From positions 76,632,001 through 76,696,000 of the forward strand of contig OZ260663.1 in assembly GCA_965285935.1 (NCBI GenBank): a stretch of DNA of 64,000 nt, in the 5' to 3' direction. The position numbers and the translations under genes are program-made. Origin of the DNA: Ophelia neglecta. Lineage: Eukaryota. Of this stretch, positions 13,911 through 25,100 are shown piece after piece (within the stretch, counting starts at the first letter, position 1; every line of letters starts with the position of its first letter). The notes below the pieces were generated by a model, which worked only from the letters and a program-made list of their open reading frames with translations, was not told the origin of the DNA and did not search any database.

Positions 13911-16024
13911 TAGGGTTCCAATAGAGACTAACTGTACTCGTGGTTTTGTATAAATTCTCTTATGAATATGAATTTATTGCAAATATGCAGTGGGATTAGT
14001 AGTTATACTTAGTCAGAAAATTTCTTCCGCATTTAGGATGGTTTATTTTCTTTTAGACAATATGTAAGCGGCATTTGTCGAACATTCTAAAAGCTGAAAG
14101 ATACCACTGACAGGCCCGACGGTTTTCCCATATTTGGATGTATTTTTGTAAATATCTATAATCGCCCTAGATCAGACTCTTTTTTGCCTGATTTTAACAA
14201 AGAACACGTAGTCCTGTTGTCCAAATTTCTGAAGCATGCTTATAAACCATACAGGTTAAAATGGCTTCATTCCCATTACACAAACAAATATTCCACCAAT
14301 TTATCTACATATTATATATACCTTAAGGATTTGTGAAATCCTATGAGGGATCCCATCAGTCTTAAGGGAAGTCAGGTGAAATGGAAACCTTTTTATACAG
14401 TTCATGTTCTGGGTCTATTTGCCAATTTTATAAACCAACGCAGTAAAATACGGTAATGGCTTTGAATGATCTATTCATCGTAGATGTACGTGTTCAGTCG
14501 TATAATAATAGTTATAAATAAAAAAGTGACTGGATCCCCGTTGTTTATATTTTTGTTGCACTATCGATGTAATATAGTTATACTTTAGAGAGCAGGGACC
14601 TTTTACATCCTCTTCTGATTTTGTTATTATTGAAAAAAATCCATCTATGGTCTCACAATTATGAGAGACAATAGTTCATCATAAAATCTCATTACAAGAT
14701 ATATCTTTTTTCTTGTTTTCTTATTACTTAATTGATCAGAGGGATATCCGCTCGTTTTTTTCAAAAAGCCTTAATACCTCTCTTGTCGTTTCTAGACAAA
14801 GATATAACCCACCTCATTCCGTGTGATTCAACACTTAAATGTATTAATTTGTTTTGATAATGTATATTTACTGATTCTTTTATTTTCTGTTCTGAACTCA
14901 ACTATGGATATGTTTACGAAATTGAAAAGGCCAATAATTTTCTTTTTGTTATATTGAATGAGGGCAGCTTGTTCATGCTCGTAGCGCACCTGGACTTAAT
15001 CAAGCTATACTATAATGTTGCCATGCGGTAAAATGGGCTGTGACATCTGATGATCCGGTCATTGTCTGTTGAATGGATATTCTTCTAAGTGCTAAGGAGC
15101 CCTTATTGGCCTGAAGGTTCATTGAAAAAAATGTGTTTCTCGATATTAATGTGGAAAAGGAAATGCAGTGCAATGAGAAAGGTTTCGTCAAATGTCAAAC
15201 ATATTAGCAGGCAACTTAGGGACCAAGGATCGGAACAGACGAAATGCCAAAAGGCTTGATTCCATACGCCAATGAATGCTTATTTAAAGATTTTTTTTGG
15301 GAAACCTGCAGCAGTTCCATAAAACAGGAGATACCATTTATGAAAGATCCCATAGGGCATAGAATCATAAAATCGTTTTACCAACCGAGGCATAGGTGTA
15401 CATTATTGCTTGTCTAAAAATATGAGGAAAAGGTATATCAGTGAGAAAATCACCTTATTTTGTTTGTGTAGAAAAAACACAAAAACCACGACCAAAACTA
15501 CGACTTTAACTATTGGTGGCACTCAGCGAAAAGAAATCGCGGGCTTGGTCAAGGATGCTTTGTTATGGCTCCCATAATTATGTGGTCATCAAGAGGAACG
15601 CGATTTTGCAACGAAAATATATCAAAGAATTTGATAAACATAATTATTCCTACTAATAGTAAAATGAAGTGTAGTCCGAACCAAAAAGGCTGCATTTATG
15701 AAGGGAGCCAGAGCCACCGAGACGAATTAGGGTGAGGCATCAGCAAACGCCAGGATTTGAAACACACGCGTGTTCATCTCTAGTGCTCTAATCGCAGAGG
15801 CCCCAATATTCATTTTCGACAATGTTCATTTGTTCTTTTTTTCTGCAAACTTATTGGTGGTAAGAGTAATGTCGGTGATTTATTTGCAAGATATGACGCT
15901 GCTTTTACCTAAATTATCTCAGAAAAACGATTAATGTTACAATTGATTTACACCAAGGAAGATTGTTTTACTTGACAAAGACGTAACCTTTGAAAGAAGT
16001 GTTCGATTTTATTATTGTTTTACA

Positions 16025-16285
16025 GCGGTGCGTCCTCTTCCTATGTGCGATTTTGTGCCTCCTGGTTAACTGCGGCCTGTGTAAGAGGCCAGCCTTGAAC
16101 ATGTTGAAAGCCTTGGGACCATTGTTCAAGGGCGTCTCAATGAATGCAGCACTTAAATGTTACAGTTACAATAGAAAGCCGTCTTTTTCTTCCAGGATAT
16201 CGTAGCCCTTGGCAGTTGTTATTCCAGTCAATACGGACACACTAGTCAGGTCTCAATATTTAATTGTCCGGGGTGTAGCAAATCC
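16025..16285 (-). mobile_element. Possible decayed Tc1-like transposase fragment
   Basis: Minus-strand ATPRTIKY...KAGLLHRPQLTRRHKIAH resembles Tc1 TTPRQDRY...AGL...PLLTRRH..AR. Confidence 0.25.
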
Positions 16286-17915
16286 CACACCTAGTTAACA
16301 TATACATAGGACACACTCTAATCTAAGACTATCCACTAATCTTATTTTGACAGACATCGTCATCACTACCAAAGCCTAGTAAATATTATGTGCCAATGAT
16401 TGTTTTAAACAGCCAGTATCGCACCATAGGAATAATCTGAAGACATGATTGTGACATTAGCTTGGATTTGTGCATACTTGGATTAGGTTCTGTAGGCAAC
16501 CAGTGAACAATTTACAGTAAATACATTATTAATGCGCTTTCCCATCACCCTAACTGTCCCCAACGGGGAGAAAAGCACCACTAATATAAATAAGGACACG
16601 ACTTTCACTCCATAGAACACAGAAACAAAATATCAAAGCAAATTATGTCCACAGCCTTTGAAATATGCATGCTGTGGTTTTGTTAATGACGTGATTGTCA
16701 TGTGTGTGTAGGCACAAAAATTAAGACTGGCACGGTAGGATTTGCTTTTCAACTCTTCTTGTAATATCAATGTTTTTCTTTTGTTTTTTTCTTACGTTAC
16801 ACGTTTATTCACGGTATGGAAGCCGGAGATTGAAGTATATGGACATGATGCAGCTGGTTTATGATTAAGTCGGACCGATATAATGGACTGGCATTGAACA
16901 ATGATATTGCATATCGGCTATCTACTCCGTTTTTGTTTGCTAGTAAAAATGAACTGAAAAAGACCTATGTATTATCTGGAATATAGATTTTCCACTGCTT
17001 ATGACTTGCAGCGCCACAAACATCTATCCTGTTACCTACCAGTAAACGATATGATTGTACTATTATAACTATGAAAAAGCACCGGCTAACAATCTCATTT
17101 TCGTCAATGAGAATCAGCCACAGTTTTCCCTGATGTTAGCCAGACCCCAAAACAGACACTACACAAACCTGACTTTTGCCAATAATATCTGTTAAGCTAA
17201 TGCACATAGCTGGTTTTGCGGCCGCCTATTTCAAATAATAATATGGAGGGTGTATGGTTTGTATCTTAATACCTGTAGCGTAAATTAGTGATGACTTGGC
17301 ATAAATTAACCCCTTGCCTCGTATTCAGTATACCCAGGGAATCTGCATTTTAATTAAAACCATGCTAGGTCCAAACTATAACTATATGCTATACTTTTGC
17401 ATTTACCAAATTAGTGTGTTAGGACTGCTGCAAAACAATATAGTTGGACTCTGAAACTAGCAGATTTGGTACACCTAGGCCCCAGCCAAAATTACTTTGG
17501 GGATTGAAATTAAGGGAGTTCGTTTTTTTGCGAGTCTAATTGAAGCCTCTGATCGGCCGTGTTTTTTATTAGGCCCTTAATTTATTGTATTACTTCTATG
17601 GCAATTGAAAGATTTGTTGTTTATCATATTACCTTAATAGGAGATTACATGTACCGCCAAATAATATATCCAAACGCCGAAATTAAGCAAATGATACTTT
17701 GTTTGGTTAAATTATTATCCCTTTTTTCTATGTAAACGAGTTCTAGTACTGGTGCGATATACCAATGACTTTCACATCTTGGTCAAGTAGTTTAATCAAC
17801 TGAACATTCAGGACAGCATATTAACTAACGCAATAGTACTTTTACTAAAGCCATTTCCTTTTTTGTATACACTGGTATGTCACTTTATATAGGGGGGTGT
17901 AGTCGTTATATTTAC

Positions 17916-17994
17916 CTGGACAGATTGTTTGTTGCCCGGTAGGCCTAAATCAATACCAATTGTATGGTGAGCTGGTGGTCTGAAACATTTTCGA
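17916..17994 (-). other. Candidate small upstream GRIN2 coding exon
   Basis: Poly-T tract then AG (17996-17995, or 17981-17980) and donor CAG|GTAAAT. Frame (RKCFR)PPAHHTIGIDLGLPGNKQSVQ ends in phase 0, compatible with the 11964 acceptor, and loosely resembles GluN2 PILGIHGG...K|. Confidence 0.2.
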
Positions 17995-20900
17995 CTTATA
18001 GAAAAATCAAAAAAAAATCACGGTGTATGGAATAATAATTGCTTTGAAGTTGTAACAAGAACAATTATAGGTGTCCAACCAAAATAGCAGCCAGTCCAGA
18101 TGATATCAGGTCGTATAGGCCTATAGGCGCACATGATCTGACCATGCAACGGATGTGATGGGGATCTGTTAGCCCTCCAATTTCATCCCGACCCCGTCAC
18201 TTCGTGCCCGTTTTGAAAGAAATTGGATCTCGTGGGTAAAGAAGTCACTTTTCAATTTCCGGTCGACGTCGCTCCATGCATATCTCCAAAGACACGCCCA
18301 AGGTCTCATTGGCCACTACCAAGTCTCAGCTGAATGGTGCCAAACACTCAGTGCAAACCTATACTTAGAAGGATTATGTGACTCACCCATCCCTCTGTCA
18401 CTCCCAAGACGTGTCAATGTAAGAAAGCATAAACACAGTTGAAAGACTAATAATAACAATGCCTTAATGTTCTGCTATTCTGATGAACGCGATTCTTTAC
18501 TTTGTGAAGCAGCAGGTGTGGTATCGATATTCTGACACGATATCAACCTATTTAAATTTAATACTTTTGGATACATGAGAGATATACTCACCTAGCATCC
18601 GCTCAGAAGAATGTGTATGAACAATTTGGCAGGGTAACTCTTTAATAATTCCAAAAAGCACTAGGTCTACTGAGACACAACGACACAAACAAACTCTTTA
18701 AGTATGTGAAGTGTACCCATTGCTGCTCTGTATCCTTGTAGATCTAAAGCTTGATTAGCGTGGTACAACAGGCGTGTCACAGCTTTAGACAAAAAGGCTG
18801 GTATCTAGGAATGTATCCCCCCTTTCCCCTCAAACCCTCTCGCCTATTGCAATAATTTGTTAACATGGTGACATTGTAGTCCCAGCAATTGATTCGCAAC
18901 TTTATCAAGGTAAAACTCACTATTTTTATTATTGCCAGCTGTGCTGGCAACCTAACCTCGCTCTAGTGAGTGTCGCCTAGTTGCCAGTAAATACGATTAT
19001 AGAGCGGGCTGAACATAAATAAAGTCCAATCTGTTATTGAAGACCACCATTCAACTGATTCATCCATCAATTAAATTCTGACAGCCTGGTTGCCGGGTGG
19101 CCGCTTTTGAACGGCCCGTCGAATTATGCCTAATACCAAGAAATGTGAGTTGCGATCTGATACGAGGCGCTTTGGCCTCAGTTTTATTTCAAAAGCTATC
19201 ATTAACGGCGAATTCAGGACAATCAACAAAACACACTGTAGGATTTCCGTAGCTTTACCACTGTATCAATCCACAGCAGTAACATCTGGCCTCGAATCGA
19301 TACCGCCGTGGCACACTCATGATCTTCTGCCCTGTGTAAGGCATGGGTATGATGGCCTCTATCAAGTGCCAGGCTGACCACCGATAAAAAGGAGCATACA
19401 GCAAGCAAAATCATCATTAAAATAATCCACATACCGCATTTAAAACTAAGTGTCATATTAATCCCGGGAAAAGTCATCAATGTTGACTGGCGTATGTTGT
19501 TAATTATAATTACTATATTGTGAGATGGTTGGACATTTTTTTCATATGCCTCATGCCTTCTTTTTCCCTACTTCCAAATATATTAAATTTAAGCAATCTG
19601 CTTATTTAAATTTGGTTTTGCGAGCTACACCTTGTATTCTGTGATGCCAATTTGACCAGTTTTCGTCGCTGCACTTCACTGACTCTGTGCTTTAGATTAA
19701 CAATATTAATGTGATATTTTTTGTTCTTTCCAGTTTTCGGTCTTATGCATTATTCTTCCTCTGTTGTTTCCATGCCAAGCATTCTGTTTGATCTTTTCAG
19801 GTCTTTTTATTCCTTATTACACCTGGTTGTTCATTTCCCAATGTGTGGACTGTTGTTAATATTCAATGCTGTCGTCTGACTGGATTGGTTGATAATTATG
19901 TTTGCTTTTATTGCTTTTATTATTACTTGGTCTCTTTGGTGCTTATTAGACAGCTACCTAGTTGACGTGATTTTTTTCAAAAAAAAATAATCTCTGTCAG
20001 CAGAGGTCGTATTATATGAGATAATACAGCCATGACCCTTTTAATTACATTTTAATGTATATCTAACAGAAAGAAGCAGCGATCTACCTTAAAAGAGTGC
20101 AAATGTATGTTAACAATTATATTATTTGGTCCTTACACCTTGTAGAACAGGTTCTGTACTTGAGTGTACCGTTAGACCAATAAATTATTGTCGTGGTCAT
20201 TGTCAGTTTCATTATCATTATCAATAATAGGCAGTTGAGTTTGATTTGAGTGTGTTCTTTTTATTTATCTGTTTTCCTGGTTTATGTTTATTTAATCTGA
20301 TTGTCCGTTAGTTACCTCTGCCATCGTTTTCGGACCACTAGGGGAAGACCGCCTAACTTCGCGCACTTTTTCGCAAGGTTCGCTTGCGGCCTCAGCCATG
20401 CTAAGGCAGTGTTAGTTAGGTGAGAAAGTAGTGTTGCGTGGAAAAATAGGGATATTTTTCTACCAAACCAGCCCTTAAATTGATTAATTGTGACCGAAGA
20501 ACATATTCTTAATGCAAAATAAAAAGGGTGTTACACCCTTGCCCAACTTCGCGCACTTTTGCCTAACTTCACGCAGGGGGGTGCCAAACTTCGCGCAGTA
20601 GTAACTCTAACTTCACGCATGCGCGAACTTTGGACTAATTACTGGTAGCAATAGGTTGCAGTGCTGTGTTTACTTTACAACATAAATATTGCTTGATATG
20701 AAGGAATTTAAGTTATTAGACGGAAATCATATTAACTGTGTGAAAAAGAATGACACATTAATCAATCAATCATGAACATCTTTAATTTTTTATCATTAAA
20801 AAACATCAACAAACCCACTTTTTCGGGATTTTTTGTTTTCTTTTGTACTGCTAGAGCATAAGCGATATCCTTAACTTGAGCCCTACTTTTACCAATGCCG

Positions 20901-21154
20901 ATATCAGAGCATTTCATCAGATAGTCTGCCAGTTTTGCTTCATCACTAGGATCAATACACTGTGTTCGACCATTGTGTTTCGGAACCCCTTTTTCTGGCG
21001 GCGGATTTTTAAGGTAGCCTCGTAAAGTTGCTTCAGGGATTCCATGAGCTGCTGCAGTAGCCCTGATACTGCAACATTTATATCCGCGAAATGCGGATAT
21101 TACGTTTTCAGCCGCCGCCGCCGCAGATTTTAGTCGTTAACGCGATAACTCAAA

Positions 21155-21445
21155 AACTATTTCGTACATCTTTTTCAAATTCAACACAGCCATAGACCTT
21201 ATTGAGAGGAGGAACTGATTAGTTGCTCGTGTAAATCCAATAATTATTAATTAGTTAAAACAATTAAATAATTACGTCAGAAACGCATTTTCTGCAATTA
21301 CACATAAAATATTTGATACATCTTTTTCAAATTTGACACAGCCATAGACCATATTGAGAGGAAGACCTGTATTTATTCTGGTGAATTTCGGATAATTATT
21401 AATTAGTTAAAATAAATAATTAATTATGTCAAAAACACATTTTCT
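21155..21445. repeat. Two tandem copies of a ~152-bp unit inside the HINE
   Basis: tacatctttttcaaatt(c/t)(a/g)acacagccatagacc(t/a)tattgagagga at 21165 and 21317; taattattaattagttaaaa in both copies. Confidence 0.85.
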
Positions 21446-21519
21446 ATCAAATATTCTAAAGTATAGATGATATTGGCTTGAAGCTTTGTGTCATGATTCA
21501 TGTAATAACTATATACAAC

Positions 21520-22112
21520 CTGTTTAATAAGTTAACTAGTTAACTTTATTAATGACCTGAAAAAAAATTAGTTATGGTTGTTTTGCATTATTATTGAGGT
21601 CAATGGAACCAGCTTTATGAATGACTTGCAATGTTATTGAGGTCATATAGAACCTACTACAATCAGTGTTATAAGTTAACTAGTACCGTGTAATGAGTTA
21701 TCTAGTTAACTTTATTAATGACCTGAAAAAAAATTAGTTAAGGTCGTTTTGCATTATTATTGAGGTCATATGGAACCTACTATAATCTGTGTAATAAGTT
21801 AACTATTTAACTTTATTAATGACTTGAAATTTTTTTAGTCAAGTTCGTTTTGCATTATTATTATTGAGGTCTTATGGAACCTACTAATAAGTTCACTAGT
21901 TCACTTTATTAATGACCTGAAAAAAAATTAGTTAGGGTCGTTTTGCATTATTATTGAGGTCATATGACACCAACTTTAAGAATGACCTGCACTATTATTG
22001 AGGTCAAATAGAACCTACTACAATCTGTGTAATAAGTTAACTAGTACTGGGTAATAAGTTAACTAGTTTAACTTTATTAATGACCTGAACAAAATTTAGT
22101 TAAGGTCGTTAT
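21520..22112. repeat. AT-rich tandem array (~5 units of ~93-168 bp) inside the HINE
   Basis: actttattaatgac(c/t)tgaa recurs at ~21543, 21709, 21810, 21903 and 22071, with tttgcattattattgaggtc and aataagttaactag blocks. Confidence 0.85.
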
Positions 22113-25100
22113 CTTTTGTGCCAACTAAAAACTACTATATTCACTACCTCCCCTTATGCCATGTTCCCCATTCGATTATTGCACGCATTCGCGGATATAC
22201 CCCTTGCTGTCGGCCCCCCGACAGCGTTGGCCTAGTTTTCTTTCTTGTAGTCATCTACGGCTACAGACACAAGGCGTCGGTCATAGTAAGCGCGTGGTCT
22301 GTCTTTCTTTGTTTTCTTTTTCGCTTTCCTTGTATTTGGAGCTGGCATAGTCAAATCTAAATAGGAATGCTTTCATGAAAAATGAAACTGTGTCCATTAA
22401 AATACATGTAGGCCCAGCTTTTGGCTTTATAATAAGTATGTAATATTAGGGACTGCTAAACTTCACGCACATAATTTTGCCAAACTTCGCGCGCGAAGTT
22501 TGGCGTACTGACTGCGCGAAGATAAGCGTACAAATGACAAACTGAAATTTTAACCTCTGAATTCTATTTTTAGTCAAAATGTCTTAAATTTTATCCGATA
22601 TACGGAATAAATCATTCTTTATAGGTAGGACAAGTTTCTGTAGGGGTCCTTAACACCCTCTTGCCTAAAAAGCTTATATTAAGATCCTGATTCACTAGTG
22701 TGAAAATAGAAATTTCGGGTACTCTTACTCACTCTCAAAAGGTCGCGCGCGTTACCCTCTCAAGTTGATTCCTCCACAACCGGAAATGGTTCAACGGCGT
22801 AATAAAAGTCTTGGCCATGAGAATAACAAAGCAGATACAACATTCTAGCAGTATCAAAGACTGGCCAGATGATATAATGACCCTGCGCGAAGTAAGGCAA
22901 TGCGCGAAGTTAGGCGGTCTTCCCCTATATCTAGACAGTTTGCTCTATATTCTTCTTCCCCCTAGCACGGAGATTCAGTCTGTATATTCATGGATTTCCT
23001 GTTGCTGAACATAGAGGTTGCTTTTGCGTTCGTTCTTGACCTTTATTAGTTGATTTAAGTAGTTAATAAGTGCCTCTTTCATTAATTGTTTCCTGGTATA
23101 CAGTTTCAATTTTTTCATATGACTAATTGCTCGATGCCAAGCAATGATCTCTGTTTCCTGTTGTTCCTTTTAATAGTTTTGCCTATTTTGTCCAGCATTT
23201 TGTATAGACCAGTTGCCAAATGTCTACTGCCATTCATTATCAACAAATTTTGTCTTTTTCTACGTGTGGTTAAATTTCCAATTGCAAGTATCGCCAGACT
23301 CTATTTCTACCACGGGCCTATAGTTCCGAACAGCATCATGATGTTACCCATGGGCCTGACAAAATCACCAATATGTCACGGGCGAACGGTAAATCCGTTG
23401 TATAACTCACATACTGCTAGGTCATCGAGTCTCCCTTCAGTAGTTGCATCTTTGAGGGTACGATGCATGGTTGCATATAAGTTGAATCTGCCCTTTAAGG
23501 ATGCAACAAGGGTGTAATATCGAACGGCTAAAGAGGCAGAGAGAAGCCTAAGGAATTGTGGCAGACCACATGTTAAGATTTGGACACAAATCTATTGCAA
23601 TATAGAGAAATGCTCTTCAGAATTTCTTTGATAAGTATATTCCCATTTTTACTTGTTGATATTTCAGTGTTCGACGAGACTATAACATTATATAAGATGG
23701 AATGCGCTAGCAGAATGGCCACTATTCCTGTGGGATAATGATCATCTCCTAAACACACATGATTGTATCTCGGAGTTTAAATGTCGTCTGGTGCAAAAAA
23801 TAGAGACAAGCATGAAGCCATCGACCTAAGGGTTATCATCTCATGTAAATAGTGCCTGTCTCCCTAGGGCATGCTCTCGCCAAAGCAATAAAACCTATCA
23901 TAGGAAGCTTGGGAATGCGTCAAAATGGTGGACAGCGAGGGTTAAGGACTTAACAAAATGTGCGAAACAGGTAAACCTTTATCTCCGCAGGTTTAATATG
24001 TTAGTGACATAAAATTACAAGCAAGAAACCAAATGTGCTCTTGGTAGTTCATATATTTTCAAGGGACATAATAACGCAAGGATACAATTCGAAACAACTA
24101 AGGTGGTCAGAATATTAGCTGGAATATCTTTCTAAATTGAAATATGGCAATATTGTTTTCATCTTATCTACCTGACGTTTGGAAATTTTCACTGACGTTA
24201 TAAACATCAACTTTCCCGGATCTGTGTAGGTTGAAATTGTCGATCCAATATCACAAGGCCGGGCACGTCATATGTAAGACCCACTGGCATCACGGTTAAC
24301 AATGTGAAAGGATGCCAAGGATTGGGTGACATGGTTTCAGTGGCCGAGTGTGTCTGGGTCCGCCCTCATACGTACAGAGTAATCATATGTGGCACGTACA
24401 GCTGTTGTCCTGTGTGCCGAGTAACACTAAACGGTCTCTGTGATGTCGATACATTTATAAATGCACAATAAACTGTACGGAATAGAACAAAGTAATTTGG
24501 GATATTATGCCTAATGACAAATCACTAAATTCCTAATTTTTTGTCTAAAGCATTTCTTCTACAGTTTGGAAATTATCTTTACAGCTGCAACGCATGAAAG
24601 GTCTTTACTAAAAAGGAGCATCTTGGGCCTTACTGCAAATGTGATAATCAGTTGTTGCTACGCACTGGTGCATCTTTCGTAAAAGGTAAACTGCCAAAAC
24701 ATGTATATGAAGAAAACTAGTGAGGTTTACCGATGGAAGCCTTGCAGGCCTGGTCGCACGGAGCCAGCAGAGCAGTTGCGAGGCTACCATGCAATGGCGC
24801 CTTTATCTTCTGGCGATAGCAAGTTAAAAATACAATGGACGCTCCGGTATGTTCTCGGACGAAGCGACTTTCCATCGATCTTCACTCTAGGTCCACCATT
24901 ATAATCAGAGTGGCTGGGATACGTCACAGGATCGCTCAGTTTACGACATTGTGAGGTTAACAGAAGGTGGCTATAGAAAAATTATAGGAGAGCTTTTGTT
25001 TTATTATACAGTCAGAGTAAAATCTCGACTATATATATAAATATATGAATACAATTCTATATCAACCACACTGCCATTAAAGATGGACCAGGGTTTATTG

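Larger units (their letters stand above)
21078..22235 (+). mobile_element. Helentron-associated non-autonomous element (HINE / DINE-1-like)
   Basis: Sub-terminal inverted repeats TATATCCGCGAA (~21079-21090) and TTCGCGGATATA (~22188-22199). 5' hairpin tatccgc-gaaat-gcggata, (GCC)n at 21111-21124, internal tandem repeats, 3' GC hairpin gctgtcgg-cccc-ccgacagc (22206-22225) ending in CTAG. Inserted in a T-run with no clear TSD; ends uncertain by about 2 bp. Confidence 0.8.
20819..22348 (-). pseudogene. Transposase N-terminal DNA-binding region (pipsqueak HTH plus CENP-B-type HTH), split by a nested insertion
   Basis: 22348-22236 reads MPAPNTRKAKKKTKKDRPRAYYDRRLVSVAVDDYKKE(K). 21076-20819 continues CCSIRATAAAHGIPEATLRGYLKNPPPEKGVPKHNGRTQCIDPSDEAKLADYLMKCSDIGIGKSRAQVKDIAYALAVQKKTKNPEK. 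Neither piece has a stop. SIRATAAAHGIPEATL fits the psq HTH pattern; EAKLADYL...G...VKDIAYAL fits the CENP-B/Tc5 HTH. Confidence 0.8.
20341..22925 (-). mobile_element. Non-autonomous pogo/Tigger/Fot1-like (Tc1-mariner superfamily) DNA transposon
   Basis: Perfect 25-bp TIR GGGGAAGACCGCCTAACTTCGCGCA (20341-20365) with its reverse complement at 22901-22925. TA on both flanks (20339-20340, 22926-22927). Internal psq and CENP-B HTH coding sequence; no room for a DDE domain. Confidence 0.9.

Noticed and set aside
19223-19480. Minus-strand ORF with a signal-peptide-like hydrophobic stretch (MWIILMMILLAVCSFLSVVSLA) as the GRIN2 first exon
   Set aside because: Downstream residues show no GluN2 similarity and the only donor (GTG|GTAAAG) is weak. 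Not excluded, but unsupported.
21520-22112. Repeats with variable spacing reminiscent of a CRISPR array
   Set aside because: Intervening sequences are themselves homologous, the context is eukaryotic and there are no cas genes; this is a TE-internal tandem repeat.
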